In this document: one piece after another, positions 36,351-36,391 of the stretch
How the letters are laid out: each line of letters opens with the position of its first letter
Position numbering within the stretch: the first letter of the stretch is position 1
Origin: a virus
Lineage: Duplodnaviria; Heunggongvirae; Uroviricota; Caudoviricetes
Length of the DNA: 36,391 nt
Virus record (IMG/VR): IMGVR_UViG_2778261056_000002
Strand: one strand, 5' to 3'
Program-made: the position numbers and the translations under genes
The notes under the pieces: generated by a model
The model's database searches: none
Told to the model about the DNA's origin: nothing
Seen by the model: the letters and a program-made list of their open reading frames with translations, nothing else

Positions 36351-36391
36351 CTTACTGATTTAGTGTATGATGGTGTTTTTGAGGTGCTCCA

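Noticed and set aside
1-36391. CRISPR arrays, tRNA or rRNA genes, integrase-type att sites
   Set aside because: No regularly spaced direct repeats or tRNA-like cloverleaf regions were seen by eye; the element is a transposable phage with TG...CA ends, not an integrase-type prophage.

Overview
About 33.9 kb of this window (1..33874) is one Mu-like transposable prophage, with every phage gene on the minus strand except the repressor; the remaining 2.5 kb is host DNA. Reading right to left: repressor (+), then divergent Ner-like regulator, DDE transposase A and AAA+ protein B, a dense operon of about 18 small early genes of unknown function, GemA-like protein, a secreted moron, Mor/C-family activator, lysis cassette, terminase small subunit, an orphan DNA methyltransferase, terminase large subunit, portal, head and tail genes, ending in a tail-fibre gene that runs off the window start. 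The prophage end at 33874 sits inside the host uxuB gene, whose 3' fragment (33875..34775) is followed by uxuR and an AT-rich gene. No rRNA, tRNA or CRISPR array was seen. All family assignments are from reading the translated ORFs against remembered families; no database search was run. The most likely places for undescribed biology are the early accessory operon (24508..29528), the translationally coupled secreted moron (23373..23711), the methyltransferase wedged between the terminase genes, and the perfect palindrome in the G-I intergenic gap. Coordinates of small motifs are approximate to within 1-2 nt.
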